A stretch of 64,000 nucleotides of DNA. It comes from an uncultured Gammaproteobacteria bacterium. GTDB taxonomy: Bacteria > Patescibacteriota > Patescibacteriia > Patescibacteriales > UBA12465. Every line of letters starts with the position of its first letter. Within the stretch, counting starts at the first letter, position 1. Location: NCBI GenBank assembly GCA_964483295.1, contig CAZAAD010000003.1, positions 15,417 to 79,416 of the forward strand, read 5' to 3'. The notes under the pieces were generated by a model that searched no databases, was not told the DNA's origin, and worked only from the letters and a program-made list of their open reading frames with translations. Shown here piece by piece: positions 19,478-29,257 of the stretch. The translations under genes and the position numbers were made by a program.

Positions 19478-22400
19478 TTATTCTGTAAGCCGAAACTCTG
19501 GACCAACAAAATGCATCATATCAAATAACGTTCCTGTTTCCGGTACTATGCCCGCTACCACAACATCGTTTCCAAAAAAATCTTCAATAATGTCACCAGT
19601 TTTTTCCAGCAACTTCGCCTCAATCATCATATTCGCCTCTTGCCTGCCAATATAAATCGGCAGGTATTTTTTATTATCAATAATAATGGGCTCTAAAGAT
19701 TCAATTGAAGCGCTAATTTTTTCCGGAACGTCATTAATCTCAACAAAATAAAAATATTTCATTACTTCATTTTCCGCCACTAATCTTAAACGGCTAGTCG
19801 CGGTTAACTGCGAAAAGTCTTCATCAGCTAACAAATGAAAATTATCAAGAGCTGTACCAGTTGGCTTAATTATACCTGCCACTATAACTTGATTTAATCC
19901 GAAAAAATTTTCTAGTTTGTCGCCAGCGGCAGAAATTAATTTTTCTTCCTTCATCATCATCGCTTCTTCATAGCCAAGCACCATTTCGCCGGGCAAAGCT
20001 AACAAGCTTCCTTCTTCGGCTTTTAGCCAAACAGGCAGAACGCTAACCGACATAAATAATTTAGGATCACCCGCCAACAAGCCTATTTTTAAAGACTGTT
20101 GGGCCACTAAATTATTTACTTCAGTCGCTTCAGTAATGGACACTTTTAAACTGCTCATCCCGGAGGCCTCCATACTGGAGCTTAGTTTAGCAAACTCAAA
20201 AAAACCAAAAGCAAAAACTATTACCATTAAAATCGGCGCGACCAAAGAAACAATATTCTTTTTCCCTGGCCGGAAACGCTTAAGCAATAAAGAATTAGAA
20301 ACAACTGAAATCGAGCTTAAAGCCATTGCTAATCCAGCTAACTCCGGGCGTAAAACCAAACCAAGAGAAGTTAGAGCTCGCGCAGCAATCGGAATACCAA
20401 TCACATTATAAAATAAAGCAAAAAACATATTCTGCTTAATCTTCCCCATAGTTTCTCGGCTCAATTCAAAAGCAGTAACCACATCATGCAAATCATTCTT
20501 CATGAGAATAATGCCACCCGCCTCCATAGCGACATCCGTACCTGAGCCCATGGCAATTCCTAAATCAGCCTGAGCTAAAGCGGGGGCATCATTAATGCCA
20601 TCCCCCACCATTGCCACTTTTTTACCCTGCGCCTGCAATTTTTTTACCTCCTCGGCTTTTTGCTCAGGTAATACTTCGGACAAGACATTACTAATGCCAA
20701 CTTGAGCAGCGATTGCCTTAGCCGTTTTAGCATTATCACCAGTAATCATCCAAATATCTAATCCTAAAGACTTTAATTTTGCTATCGCCGCTACTGAAGA
20801 AGGTTTTATCGTATCGGCCACTGCGATAGCTCCTAAAATATTTTGTTTATTAGCTAAAAGCATGACGGTTTTACCTTGGTCCTCTAAAGAATTCAAGACC
20901 GTATCATGTTCCAATAAATCAGCACCTAAGATTTCCTTCATCAAACGACGATTACCAAAATAATATTCAGCGTCATCAATCTTGCCCATCACCCCTTTAC
21001 CTGGTAGTGCAGAAAAACCAAACACTTCCCGACTATTAATCTGTTGACTGGCAGCATAATTACTAATCGCTTCAGCTAAAGGATGCTCTGATAATTTTTC
21101 CAAACTAGCAGAGATTTCTAAAATTTGTTTTTGACTAAAATCTTGCCAGGAAATTACCTCAGTAACTTCTGGGCGTCCATTAGTTAGTGTTCCAGTTTTA
21201 TCAAAAATAATTGCTTGGACATGACAGGCCGCTTCTAATGGTTCGCCTCCCTTAATGAGGACGCCATACTCGGCCCCCTTGCCTGTGCCCACCATGAGAG
21301 CCGTGGGCGTCGCTAGACCTAAAGCACAGGGGCAAGCAATAACAATAACGGCAGTAAAAGCCATTAAAGCAAAGGAAATAGTAGACCCTAAAAAGAAAAA
21401 CCAAACAATAAAAGTAAGAGCGGCTAAGCCAATAACCGCTGGCACAAACCAAGCAGAAATCCTGTCCGCAAAACCCTGAATAGGCGCCTTAGAACTCTGT
21501 GCTTCCTCGATTAAACGGATAATCTGAGCTAAAGCCGTCTCGGCACCAATTTTAGTCGCCTTAAATTCAAAACTACCTGACTTATTAATCGTCGCACTAA
21601 AAACTTTATCACCCGTAGTTTTGTCCACTGGCAAACTTTCGCCAGTTAACATTGACTCATCTAGGGCTGACGAGCCTTTAATTATTTCACCGTCAACTGG
21701 CAATCTTTCACCAGGGCGAACTAAAATAATATCACCAGCGACCACTTCTGCCACCGGAACATCAACAAACTCACCTGCTCGTAAAACACGAGCTGTTTTT
21801 GGTTGTAGTCCAATCAGTTTTTTAATAGCGTCACTAGTGCGCCCCTTGGTTCTATTTTCCAACCATTTTCCCAAGACAACAAAAGTGATTAAGAAAGCGG
21901 CCGTCTCAAAATATAATTCTTCAACCCGTCCGCCATTAATCCCTAAAACCGATCCAGTATTAACAACGTGGGAAATAAAATTAACCAAACTATAAACAAA
22001 AGCCGTGGTTGTGCCAATTGCAATCAAGCTATCCATATTAAAAGTCTTCATGCGCAAAGCTGACCAAAAGCCACGGTAGAAACCAGCCCCGATAATAAAC
22101 TGAATGGGGGTTGTTAAAATTAAAGACACTATTCCCATATAAGCCATCAACTCCACCTTGCCTGGCACCGGAAAAAAGTCCATGAGCATGAAATAAAGCA
22201 AAGGCAAACTCAGCCAAAAACTATACCAGAATTTACGGGCATAGGATTTCACTTCTTGCGCACGCTTACGCTCTTCGTAGCCCTGGTCATTAGTATCAAC
22301 AACCTCCGCTTTATATCCCGCTTTGGCCACAGCCGATAAAACAGCCGGGATATCGCCTTGGCCTTCCTCAAAATAAACCAGGGCCTTCTCTGAAGAAAAA

Positions 22401-22579
22401 TTAACGCTGGCGCGCTTTACTCCCGGAACTTTATTTAATGAGCGCTCAATTAAATTAGCGCAAGAAGCGCAATGCATGCCAGATAAAGACAAACTGGCAG
22501 GAGGACTGCCAGCGAAAGTTGTCTTAGCTGTTTTATTTAGTGAAGTCTTTATCTGATTGGAAAAATTATTTTCAGTCAT
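19478..22579 (-). CDS. copA: Copper-translocating P1B-type ATPase with an extra TM helix and a duplicated C-terminal domain
   Basis: HMA motif GMHCASC, TGES, CPC ([11 protein letters not shown]), [20 protein letters not shown]. The canonical core ends near residue 774; residues 775-1033 are additional. Confidence 0.9.
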   Translation of the reverse strand: MTENNFSNQIKTSLNKTAKTTFAGSPPASLSLSGMHCASCANLIERSLNKVPGVKRASVNFSSEKALVYFEEGQGDIPAVLSAVAKAGYKAEVVDTNDQGYEERKRAQEVKSYARKFWYSFWLSLPLLYFMLMDFFPVPGKVELMAYMGIVSLILTTPIQFIIGAGFYRGFWSALRMKTFNMDSLIAIGTTTAFVYSLVNFISHVVNTGSVLGINGGRVEELYFETAAFLITFVVLGKWLENRTKGRTSDAIKKLIGLQPKTARVLRAGEFVDVPVAEVVAGDIILVRPGERLPVDGEIIKGSSALDESMLTGESLPVDKTTGDKVFSATINKSGSFEFKATKIGAETALAQIIRLIEEAQSSKAPIQGFADRISAWFVPAVIGLAALTFIVWFFFLGSTISFALMAFTAVIVIACPCALGLATPTALMVGTGKGAEYGVLIKGGEPLEAACHVQAIIFDKTGTLTNGRPEVTEVISWQDFSQKQILEISASLEKLSEHPLAEAISNYAASQQINSREVFGFSALPGKGVMGKIDDAEYYFGNRRLMKEILGADLLEHDTVLNSLEDQGKTVMLLANKQNILGAIAVADTIKPSSVAAIAKLKSLGLDIWMITGDNAKTAKAIAAQVGISNVLSEVLPEQKAEEVKKLQAQGKKVAMVGDGINDAPALAQADLGIAMGSGTDVAMEAGGIILMKNDLHDVVTAFELSRETMGKIKQNMFFALFYNVIGIPIAARALTSLGLVLRPELAGLAMALSSISVVSNSLLLKRFRPGKKNIVSLVAPILMVIVFAFGFFEFAKLSSSMEASGMSSLKVSITEATEVNNLVAQQSLKIGLLAGDPKLFMSVSVLPVWLKAEEGSLLALPGEMVLGYEEAMMMKEEKLISAAGDKLENFFGLNQVIVAGIIKPTGTALDNFHLLADEDFSQLTATSRLRLVAENEVMKYFYFVEINDVPEKISASIESLEPIIIDNKKYLPIYIGRQEANMMIEAKLLEKTGDIIEDFFGNDVVVAGIVPETGTLFDMMHFVGPEFRLTE

Positions 22580-22592
22580 AAAAAATCAATTA

Positions 22593-23972
22593 TTAGTTAG
22601 CTGCTCCCGCGGCGGCCGCGACCACATTAAATGCCCCGGAATACATCCCCATAGAACAAGAGAATCTAATTGGTCCGACTTCTTTTGGGGTAAATTCAAT
22701 AATATTTTCACCAGCCACTAAAAATTCTCTCACTCCTAACTGAGGAACTACCAAGGCAGCGGCACAAGAGTTTGGCGCCTGCGCATCAATAATCCACTTA
22801 ACAGGAATGCCTTGGCGAATAGTAAACTTATTCGGCGAATAACCACGATTATGTTCAACCATACGCACCACCTGAATACCATCTTCCATCACCACATTAG
22901 GATCTGAGACGACTACTTTTTCACTAGCCGACATTGGTAAAAAAGAAAATGAAGCGGACAATAAACGAGAACCATTGGCTAAATTAAAGAAGCTAAGAGC
23001 AATAATAGCCAAACCGGCCGTCTTAAAAAATAAACCTTTACTAGAACTTTTAATAGTTGAGGTTAAGGTTCCAATGCCTAATAGGCCTGGAGCAGTGCCA
23101 ACAGCAAACAGGCCCATGATTATTGCTCCTTCCCAAAAACTACCACGACTAACTGCATAAACTTGCATTGCCTGCGTAAAACCACAAGGTAAAAAGAAAG
23201 TCAAAGCCCCTAAAAACATTGCTTGCTTATGGCTATAACTATCCTTTTTTTTATTAATACCAAGTTTTTTTGCTACGCTAGTCGGTAAAGAAAAGCTAAC
23301 GTTGCTCAAGCGCGGAAAAATATTAGTTAACTGCAAACCAATAAACAACATAAGAGCGGCTACTAGCAGCGTTAAAATAGCATTAGCGGCGTTTGAAAAT
23401 CGAAACACGGAACCAATGGCTCCCAAAATACCACCTAGTAAGGCATAACCAAAAATACGACCGCCATTAAAAAATAAGTGGGGACGTAATTTTTCTACGG
23501 TTGAGGCTTGAGGATGTTTAGAAACAAACTTAGCCGATAATCCTAAAACTAAACTGCCAGTTACCGCCATGCAAGTTGAAATTCCCGCTACTAAGCCGGT
23601 CAAAAGCACTAGGCCTAATCCTGGACTCGAAATATTTTGGTTAGCACTGATATCGGTAATACCAAAGAAACGTAATAAAAGATAAATAGCCAACAATATC
23701 GCTGTGCCAATAATTAACTGGGAAATTGTATTAATATCTAGCTTGAGCCAAGGAACCTTCGCCTCTTGGCCAACTTCATAGCCCGCCTCCTTAACGGCCG
23801 CAACTAATTCCTTGGCGCTCGGTTCTGCACCAGTATAATGAACGACTGCTTGACCCTTAGCGTGGTCAACCTCAACCTTACAAACACCACTAATCTCTTT
23901 GAGGTTTTCTTCAACTAGTAGCTCACATGAACGACAGTGCATCCCCTTAATAGGCAGGACTGTATTTTTCAT
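22593..23972 (-). CDS. HMA domain, multi-pass permease (TauE/SafE- or DsbD_2-like) and cupredoxin-like domain fusion
   Basis: N-terminal GMHCRSCE HMA fold, about 8 hydrophobic helices, and a C-terminal IPVKWIIDAQAPNSCAAALVVPQLG...FSCSMGMYSG that resembles a cupredoxin-like metal site. Confidence 0.6.
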   Translation of the reverse strand: MKNTVLPIKGMHCRSCELLVEENLKEISGVCKVEVDHAKGQAVVHYTGAEPSAKELVAAVKEAGYEVGQEAKVPWLKLDINTISQLIIGTAILLAIYLLLRFFGITDISANQNISSPGLGLVLLTGLVAGISTCMAVTGSLVLGLSAKFVSKHPQASTVEKLRPHLFFNGGRIFGYALLGGILGAIGSVFRFSNAANAILTLLVAALMLFIGLQLTNIFPRLSNVSFSLPTSVAKKLGINKKKDSYSHKQAMFLGALTFFLPCGFTQAMQVYAVSRGSFWEGAIIMGLFAVGTAPGLLGIGTLTSTIKSSSKGLFFKTAGLAIIALSFFNLANGSRLLSASFSFLPMSASEKVVVSDPNVVMEDGIQVVRMVEHNRGYSPNKFTIRQGIPVKWIIDAQAPNSCAAALVVPQLGVREFLVAGENIIEFTPKEVGPIRFSCSMGMYSGAFNVVAAAAGAAN

Positions 23973-23982
23973 ATATTATAAA

Positions 23983-24261
23983 TTATCTAATTCTTTTAAA
24001 AACTTGCTCTAGCTCCTTAATAGCACGATTACCATCTTTTGAGCGAAAGGCATCAACTACACAATGATTTAAATGGCTTACGATTAAAGCATCTTCTGCT
24101 TTTTTAATTGCGCTTCTTACTGCCGCCATCTGCTGAATAACATCAATACAATAAACTCCGCCGTCAACCATTTCAATAACCTTATGCAAATGGCCGGAGG
24201 CTATTTTTAAACGACGTGACACATCCTGTCTTGAATTATTAGTTTTTTTTACTGCTTTCAT
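23983..24261 (-). CDS. csoR: CsoR-family metal-sensing transcriptional repressor
   Basis: 92 aa. RLKIASGHLHKV, YCIDVIQQ and SHLNHC give the Cys-His-Cys ligand pattern of CsoR/RcnR. Confidence 0.85.
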   Translation of the reverse strand: MKAVKKTNNSRQDVSRRLKIASGHLHKVIEMVDGGVYCIDVIQQMAAVRSAIKKAEDALIVSHLNHCVVDAFRSKDGNRAIKELEQVFKRIR

Positions 24262-24278
24262 AAAAATTATTTTTTATT

Positions 24279-24295
24279 ACCCTCCCAGGGAGGGT
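24279..24295 (-). promoter_or_regulatory. Putative CsoR operator (GC-rich palindrome)
   Basis: ACCCTCCC-A-GGGAGGGT is a perfect 8-1-8 inverted repeat 18 nt upstream of the csoR start. A TATACT -10-like hexamer lies just upstream on the minus strand. Confidence 0.6.
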
Positions 24296-24335
24296 GTCTA
24301 ATAAGTATAGCCCTCTCAATAAAAAGCGTCAAGCA

Positions 24336-24364
24336 ACAAAAAAGCCGGCAAATTGCCGGCTTTG
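24336..24364. terminator. Intrinsic terminator after the 787-aa gene
   Basis: AGCCGGCA (24343-24350) pairs with TGCCGGCT (24354-24361), flanked by A and T runs. Confidence 0.75.
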
Positions 24365-24388
24365 TTAAAAACATGCGCGAACTACTAA

Positions 24389-26752
24389 CTAACGACTTTC
24401 CTTATAATCCCAGACGGGTCCAGCCGCCATCACCTTATTTTCTCCAGATTGATAAACTACAACTATTAATTTCAAGCGGCTCAAGTCTTCTTTCAAGCTT
24501 GACCGCCCCTTTAAAGACGGCAGTAATAAAATCTTATCATCATCGTTTTTATCAACTTTCACATACCTTCTGGCAAAATCAATTAATGCCTCACTGTCTT
24601 TATCGTCAAACTCTTGTCCGGCTAGTTCTTTTTCGATTAGACGCTTAATAAGCTGTAAATCAGTATCAATCGCCTTAACGCTATAAGCAGCTAAATTAAT
24701 GTCATCCTGCAAACGCAAAGCAGTAAACATCTTAGCCATCATGTTATTAGTCGCAATCAGTTCGTTAATGAGTGGCAAATTCGGTTCAATATAAATATTT
24801 TCATTACGCCTTGAATAATCACTTAATCCATACTCACTTACCTGAGGCGCTAAAGTAATTTGCTCCCAAGGAAGCTGAAAATTTATCCAGGCAGCGATGC
24901 CTGTTCTTAGGCCGCGCTCACGCCAATCTTCAGAACCAGCAAAGGCCGGCATCTTTTCTTTTTCCGGAGATAGAATTGACTTCATTAAACTAATAGTCGA
25001 CCAATAATTAGCGGTATGCCAGAGCCCGTCACGATTAAATTGGTTAACTAAAAAATCTGATTGTTGCTGATAATTTAAATAATTAGCATTACGATCAAAC
25101 AATTCATTACCAGACATTGGTGTTACCAAATTAGCAATATCAAGAGACGTTCCGTTACAACGTACATACGCCCCATTTATATCACAGGTTGTTAAATTAT
25201 TAGGATATTTTTCAGAGCCAAGATACCGCCCAACCTTAGGATGAGTTAAGGTGCCAAAAATATAATCATTAGGCCAATATGGTTCCGTTAACAATTTAAA
25301 ACCTATCTTTTTCTTAGCCTCCGGGTCGGCCTTATTTAAAGCTCCTCTAATTTCAGCAAATTCATATTTAGCCAGCCTATCTTTAAGCTTTTCTAAATTA
25401 ACCATTGCTTCGGAATTATCATCATCAAACAAATTATTTACATTATAATCTGAACCAAATTCCAAAGATAAGGCATCCCGAAAATCAACATAGTCAATTT
25501 CTTCTCGCAGACCCTTAAAAAAAGCCATTAGCTTATAAATACGCGCCCAACGTCCCTTTAAATCTTCGCGCTCCGAAAAATCAGTAGCAATTAAACTAGC
25601 GGCAATCATATTTAGACGCCAATCTTCTCGATCAAGCCAACAATCCGGACAAGCATCATCCTTATAGTAAAGCGGGAAAGAAGAATTTAACCAACGCGAA
25701 GCGAGATAAAAGTTATTTAACTTAGCGTCTGTATTATATTCTTTAGGAACAGTAAATTCCGCGTAGTCTCTTATATAAAGCAAATTAGGAGATTTAGCTT
25801 GCCCCTTGCTAGCACGAATCATCTGTGCCTCTCTAATAATATCATCACGTAAATAAACTGGTGGGTTAAAATAAAAACGCTCTGCATCACTTTCACTGAA
25901 CTTATTAGGATCATCAAGAGCCCCTTTAGAAGAAACCTGTCCTGGTGCCGGTTTTAGAAGCTCAAGGGCGACCGAAAAAAAAGCTAATTCCATGCGCTGC
26001 CCTTCTAAAATAGAATCGTTGATATTGCCGATTTCAGATAATCTGGTTTCATAACGACTTTTTGCCATCTCATACATTTCTTTATTAATAACCCAAAGAT
26101 TATCATAAAAAACATGCTCTTCAATATCTTTAAACACTTTTTTTAAAGAGTTTTGATAATAGTAAATTAAAAAATCAGAGGTAATTAGAAAAGGTATTTG
26201 ATTGGTTTCTAATTTTTCGTAAAAAGAATAAAAATTATTGGCGTCATTTGGCCAAGGATTTTCTAAAACTGCGAAACCTTTGCCATTTAAATCAGTAATC
26301 ACTGAATCTAAATTTATCTTGCGCGCTAAATCATAATAATTCATGCCATCTATCTTAATATTGATAGGTAGCTCATAATTACTAAACTTGGCTTCATAAG
26401 AATTATCTGGAGCTTGGTAAAAATCATTAAAAGATAAATATTCAACATCGAGACCATTAACGCCAAGCGGGTCAGTTGTTGTCGCCGTATCAGGCAAAGT
26501 ATCAGTCGGTAGGCCGCCGCTATTTATTACCTCTTCATTATTTTCTGTTACCGGCTCAACTACAACTGGCTGATTATTATTTCCTCCATAGCGCTTAGCA
26601 ATTAAAACTACGGCAAAAATAAAAGCGGCCACAGACAAAGCTAAGGCTGCGGCTAACAGCATTTTTTTCGCCTGTTGGCTTTTTGGTGAAGGCGGCTCTT
26701 CGTAGTGCGGCTGTTCAGGGCCAGCCGGAATAACGGCCGATTCGTCAAACAT
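24389..26752 (-). CDS. Large membrane-anchored extracytoplasmic protein, unknown function (possibly DUF3160-like)
   Basis: Charged N-terminus, one TM helix (LLAAALALSVAAFIFAVVLIA), then about 720 aa of soluble domain. The DUF3160 assignment is from memory only. Confidence 0.4.
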   Translation of the reverse strand: MFDESAVIPAGPEQPHYEEPPSPKSQQAKKMLLAAALALSVAAFIFAVVLIAKRYGGNNNQPVVVEPVTENNEEVINSGGLPTDTLPDTATTTDPLGVNGLDVEYLSFNDFYQAPDNSYEAKFSNYELPINIKIDGMNYYDLARKINLDSVITDLNGKGFAVLENPWPNDANNFYSFYEKLETNQIPFLITSDFLIYYYQNSLKKVFKDIEEHVFYDNLWVINKEMYEMAKSRYETRLSEIGNINDSILEGQRMELAFFSVALELLKPAPGQVSSKGALDDPNKFSESDAERFYFNPPVYLRDDIIREAQMIRASKGQAKSPNLLYIRDYAEFTVPKEYNTDAKLNNFYLASRWLNSSFPLYYKDDACPDCWLDREDWRLNMIAASLIATDFSEREDLKGRWARIYKLMAFFKGLREEIDYVDFRDALSLEFGSDYNVNNLFDDDNSEAMVNLEKLKDRLAKYEFAEIRGALNKADPEAKKKIGFKLLTEPYWPNDYIFGTLTHPKVGRYLGSEKYPNNLTTCDINGAYVRCNGTSLDIANLVTPMSGNELFDRNANYLNYQQQSDFLVNQFNRDGLWHTANYWSTISLMKSILSPEKEKMPAFAGSEDWRERGLRTGIAAWINFQLPWEQITLAPQVSEYGLSDYSRRNENIYIEPNLPLINELIATNNMMAKMFTALRLQDDINLAAYSVKAIDTDLQLIKRLIEKELAGQEFDDKDSEALIDFARRYVKVDKNDDDKILLLPSLKGRSSLKEDLSRLKLIVVVYQSGENKVMAAGPVWDYKESR

Positions 26753-26755
26753 AAT

Positions 26756-27691
26756 TTATTTCAAATATTTATATTTATTCTGCAAATGTTCTTCGTAAGT
26801 ACGCGCGTAATAAATATCGCGACCATTAAGGCTAGTTAAAAAATAATTGTAATTAGTCGCTATCGGGTAAATAGCCGCTTCAATTGCTCTAATACCTGGG
26901 TTGCAAATCGGGGTTGGTGGTAAACCACGATACTTATAACTATTATAAGGAGAATCAATCTCTAAGTCTTTGCCACTATGCGCCGGATTATTATCATCTA
27001 ATAAATACGAGAGTGTGGCATCGGACTGTAAGGCTTGGCCAATCTTTAATCTGCCCCAAAAAATATCAGAAACAATACGAGCAGCGCGATTTTCGGGATC
27101 ACTATAATCTATTGGCGCTTCTTTTTCAATTAACGACGCCATAATGACAATCTCGTAAATAGTTTTTCCTTGGCGCGCTATTTCAGTGCGCATCTCCTCA
27201 GTTAACTGACGATCAAAATTAGTTAACATCTTCAAAACCACCTCTTCGGCCGAAGCATCGACAAAAACACGGTAGGTATCAGGGAATAAAAATCCTTCTA
27301 GGCTATAGTACTTTGGCTTGTCGCCTAAAAAAGAAAACTTTTCTGAAAAATCAGGCGGCAAAGCTAACTCCGCCTCATCACGGTAATCAATTTTTGCCTG
27401 TCCAGTAACTTTTTCCAAGTCAACCTGAGGCAAACCAGTCTCCGCTTCTAAATAATTATTAATATCGCCCAAATCCCAACCTTCTAATATTTTTAAGGTT
27501 TTTTCTTCTTTATAGGTTACTGGGGTTGGCGTCTGACGACTATCTCTAGCTTCAATTAATTTAGCAATGAAACCCGGAAAAACATCTTTATTCGGTTTAA
27601 TAACGCTACGATAAAAAGGACGAGCAAACAACCCTAAAAAAATAATGAAAACTAAAACCCCTGACAAAACATATATTTTCTTAATAGCCAT
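26756..27691 (-). CDS. mltG: Endolytic murein transglycosylase MltG (YceG-like)
   Basis: N-terminal TM helix, ASLIEKEA, SPYNSYKYRGLPPTPICNPG. Confidence 0.88.
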   Translation of the reverse strand: MAIKKIYVLSGVLVFIIFLGLFARPFYRSVIKPNKDVFPGFIAKLIEARDSRQTPTPVTYKEEKTLKILEGWDLGDINNYLEAETGLPQVDLEKVTGQAKIDYRDEAELALPPDFSEKFSFLGDKPKYYSLEGFLFPDTYRVFVDASAEEVVLKMLTNFDRQLTEEMRTEIARQGKTIYEIVIMASLIEKEAPIDYSDPENRAARIVSDIFWGRLKIGQALQSDATLSYLLDDNNPAHSGKDLEIDSPYNSYKYRGLPPTPICNPGIRAIEAAIYPIATNYNYFLTSLNGRDIYYARTYEEHLQNKYKYLK

Positions 27692-28195
27692 TTATTTCGT
27701 TTTTACTGATTTATTTTTCAAAACTACTGCCTGTCCGCTAATTACTTTCAGAGCCGCGGCCTTAGCAATCATTTCCGAGCTAGCTCGAATTTTCTTACCT
27801 AAGCCATCAACCATTTTAATGCCTAACTTCTGACAAACAGGATATTCGGGAACATCACCGATACTTTTTCTATCTCCACCGTTAGCAAAAATCTCTGGCT
27901 TTACTTTAGTTAATGATTGGCAAACTGTTTTGTCCTTATCTACTGATAAGAAGACCTGATCAACATCACGCAGGGCGGAAATTACCCTTACTCTATCTTT
28001 CTCTGACATAAAAGGCACGCTGCCCTTTAGCTTAACCTGCTTATCATTATTTACAATCACCACCAGCTTATCACCTAATTTTTTAGCACGTTCTATCATT
28101 TCTAAATGACCAACGTGAAGCGGGTTAAAATAACCGGAAACTGCTACAACCACAGCCTTCCTCTTGGCTCTGGGCGGTTTTTGACAACAAGACAT
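27692..28195 (-). CDS. Cytidylyltransferase-like nucleotidyltransferase
   Basis: VSGYFNPLHVGHLEMIERAK is the HxGH motif of the CTP_transf_like family. Confidence 0.65.
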   Translation of the reverse strand: MSCCQKPPRAKRKAVVVAVSGYFNPLHVGHLEMIERAKKLGDKLVVIVNNDKQVKLKGSVPFMSEKDRVRVISALRDVDQVFLSVDKDKTVCQSLTKVKPEIFANGGDRKSIGDVPEYPVCQKLGIKMVDGLGKKIRASSEMIAKAAALKVISGQAVVLKNKSVKTK

Positions 28196-28328
28196 ATATA
28201 TTTCCTGGACTAATTATTAATATGCCTATATTATAACAGAAAAAACTAGCACAACCAAGCAACCATATCCAGTTACCGGTTTTATTAAAGCATAAATTTA
28301 TGTTAAAATAAGGCCATAATACAAACAT

Positions 28329-29111
28329 ATGACTATTGTCCAATCAATAATTCTCGGCATCATTGAAGGTGTGACCGAATTTTTACCAATCTCATCAACA
28401 GCGCATTTAATTATCACTGCTGATTGGTTAAAAATACCAGACACTGCTACTCTAAAAAGTTTTTTAATTGCCATTCAGCTAGGGGCTATTTTATCAGTCG
28501 CTGTGCTCTACACTCAAAAAATAATTAAGGAACCAAAATTAATCCTTAAAATTGGGGCGGCTTTTATTCCTACCGCCATTATTGGCTTAATCGCCTATAA
28601 GCTAGTGAAAAACTTTCTTATGGACAGCCTGCCACTAATTGCGACTGCTTTAATTATCGGCGGAGTGATATTAATTATTTTAGAAAAACACTTTTCCAAA
28701 AAAACAATCGAAACCGGTAGCCAAATATCACTAGCCGAATTACCGTACAAAAAAGCTGTGTTAATCGGAGTTTTTCAAACTCTAGCGATTGTACCGGGAG
28801 TGTCCCGCTCAGCTGCTACTATTATGGGCGGGCTATCTTTAGGGGTTTCCCGTAAAAATATCGTAGAATTTTCTTTTTTGTTGGCCTTGCCCACGATGGC
28901 CGCGGCAACTTTTTTAGACCTCTACCAAGAACCGCCAATGCTTAGCGGACAAGAATTAATAGTCTGGATTATTGGACTACTAACTGCATTTGTTACTGCT
29001 GTTTTAGGCATAAAATTTTTCCTCCGCTTTATTCAAAAAAATGACTTCCAGATTTTCGGCTGGTATCGCATTATTGCCGGCTGCGCTATTCTTGCAATTC
29101 TTTTATTATAA
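28329..29111 (+). CDS. uppP: Undecaprenyl-diphosphatase
   Basis: GIIEGVTEFLPISSTAHL...PGVSRSAATI. Confidence 0.93.
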   Translation: MTIVQSIILGIIEGVTEFLPISSTAHLIITADWLKIPDTATLKSFLIAIQLGAILSVAVLYTQKIIKEPKLILKIGAAFIPTAIIGLIAYKLVKNFLMDSLPLIATALIIGGVILIILEKHFSKKTIETGSQISLAELPYKKAVLIGVFQTLAIVPGVSRSAATIMGGLSLGVSRKNIVEFSFLLALPTMAAATFLDLYQEPPMLSGQELIVWIIGLLTAFVTAVLGIKFFLRFIQKNDFQIFGWYRIIAGCAILAILLL

Positions 29112-29162
29112 ATAAACAATAACAATAGGCTAATTTTGAATTTAGCATATTAATAAATTTAT

Positions 29163-29199
29163 AAAAAACAGCCTCGAATTGTTTACACAACTCGAGGCT
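29163..29199 (-). terminator. Intrinsic terminator of the orphan 206-aa gene
   Basis: AGCCTCGA (29170-29177) pairs with TCGAGGCT (29192-29199) with an extended inner stem. There is a T-run on the minus strand (A6 at 29164-29169). Confidence 0.7.
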
Positions 29200-29257
29200 A
29201 AAAATTCAAAGGGCAAAAAACTAAAGTCTAAAAACTCAAAGAATCAAAAAACTAAGA
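29200..29257. repeat. Four tandem imperfect copies (about 15-nt period) of AAAAAyTmAAAG
   Basis: AAAAATTCAAAG / AAAAAACTAAAG / AAAAACTCAAAG / AAAAAACTAAGAG, read directly. The array lies between the stop codon (29252-29254) and the terminator of the orphan gene. Confidence 0.7.

Noticed and set aside
21621-21995. 124-aa plus-strand ORF, and the neighbouring plus-strand ORFs 20136-20411 and 21255-21479 and same-strand out-of-frame ORF 21252-21452, all inside copA
   Set aside because: They lie entirely inside the well-supported copA reading frame (antisense or out of frame). Their translations are low-complexity (S/T/P/K-rich) with no start signals. They are shadow ORFs.
29200-29257. The tandem repeats as a degenerate CRISPR array
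   Set aside because: The units are only ~12 nt with 3-4 nt spacers, far below CRISPR repeat and spacer sizes, and there are no cas genes in the window.
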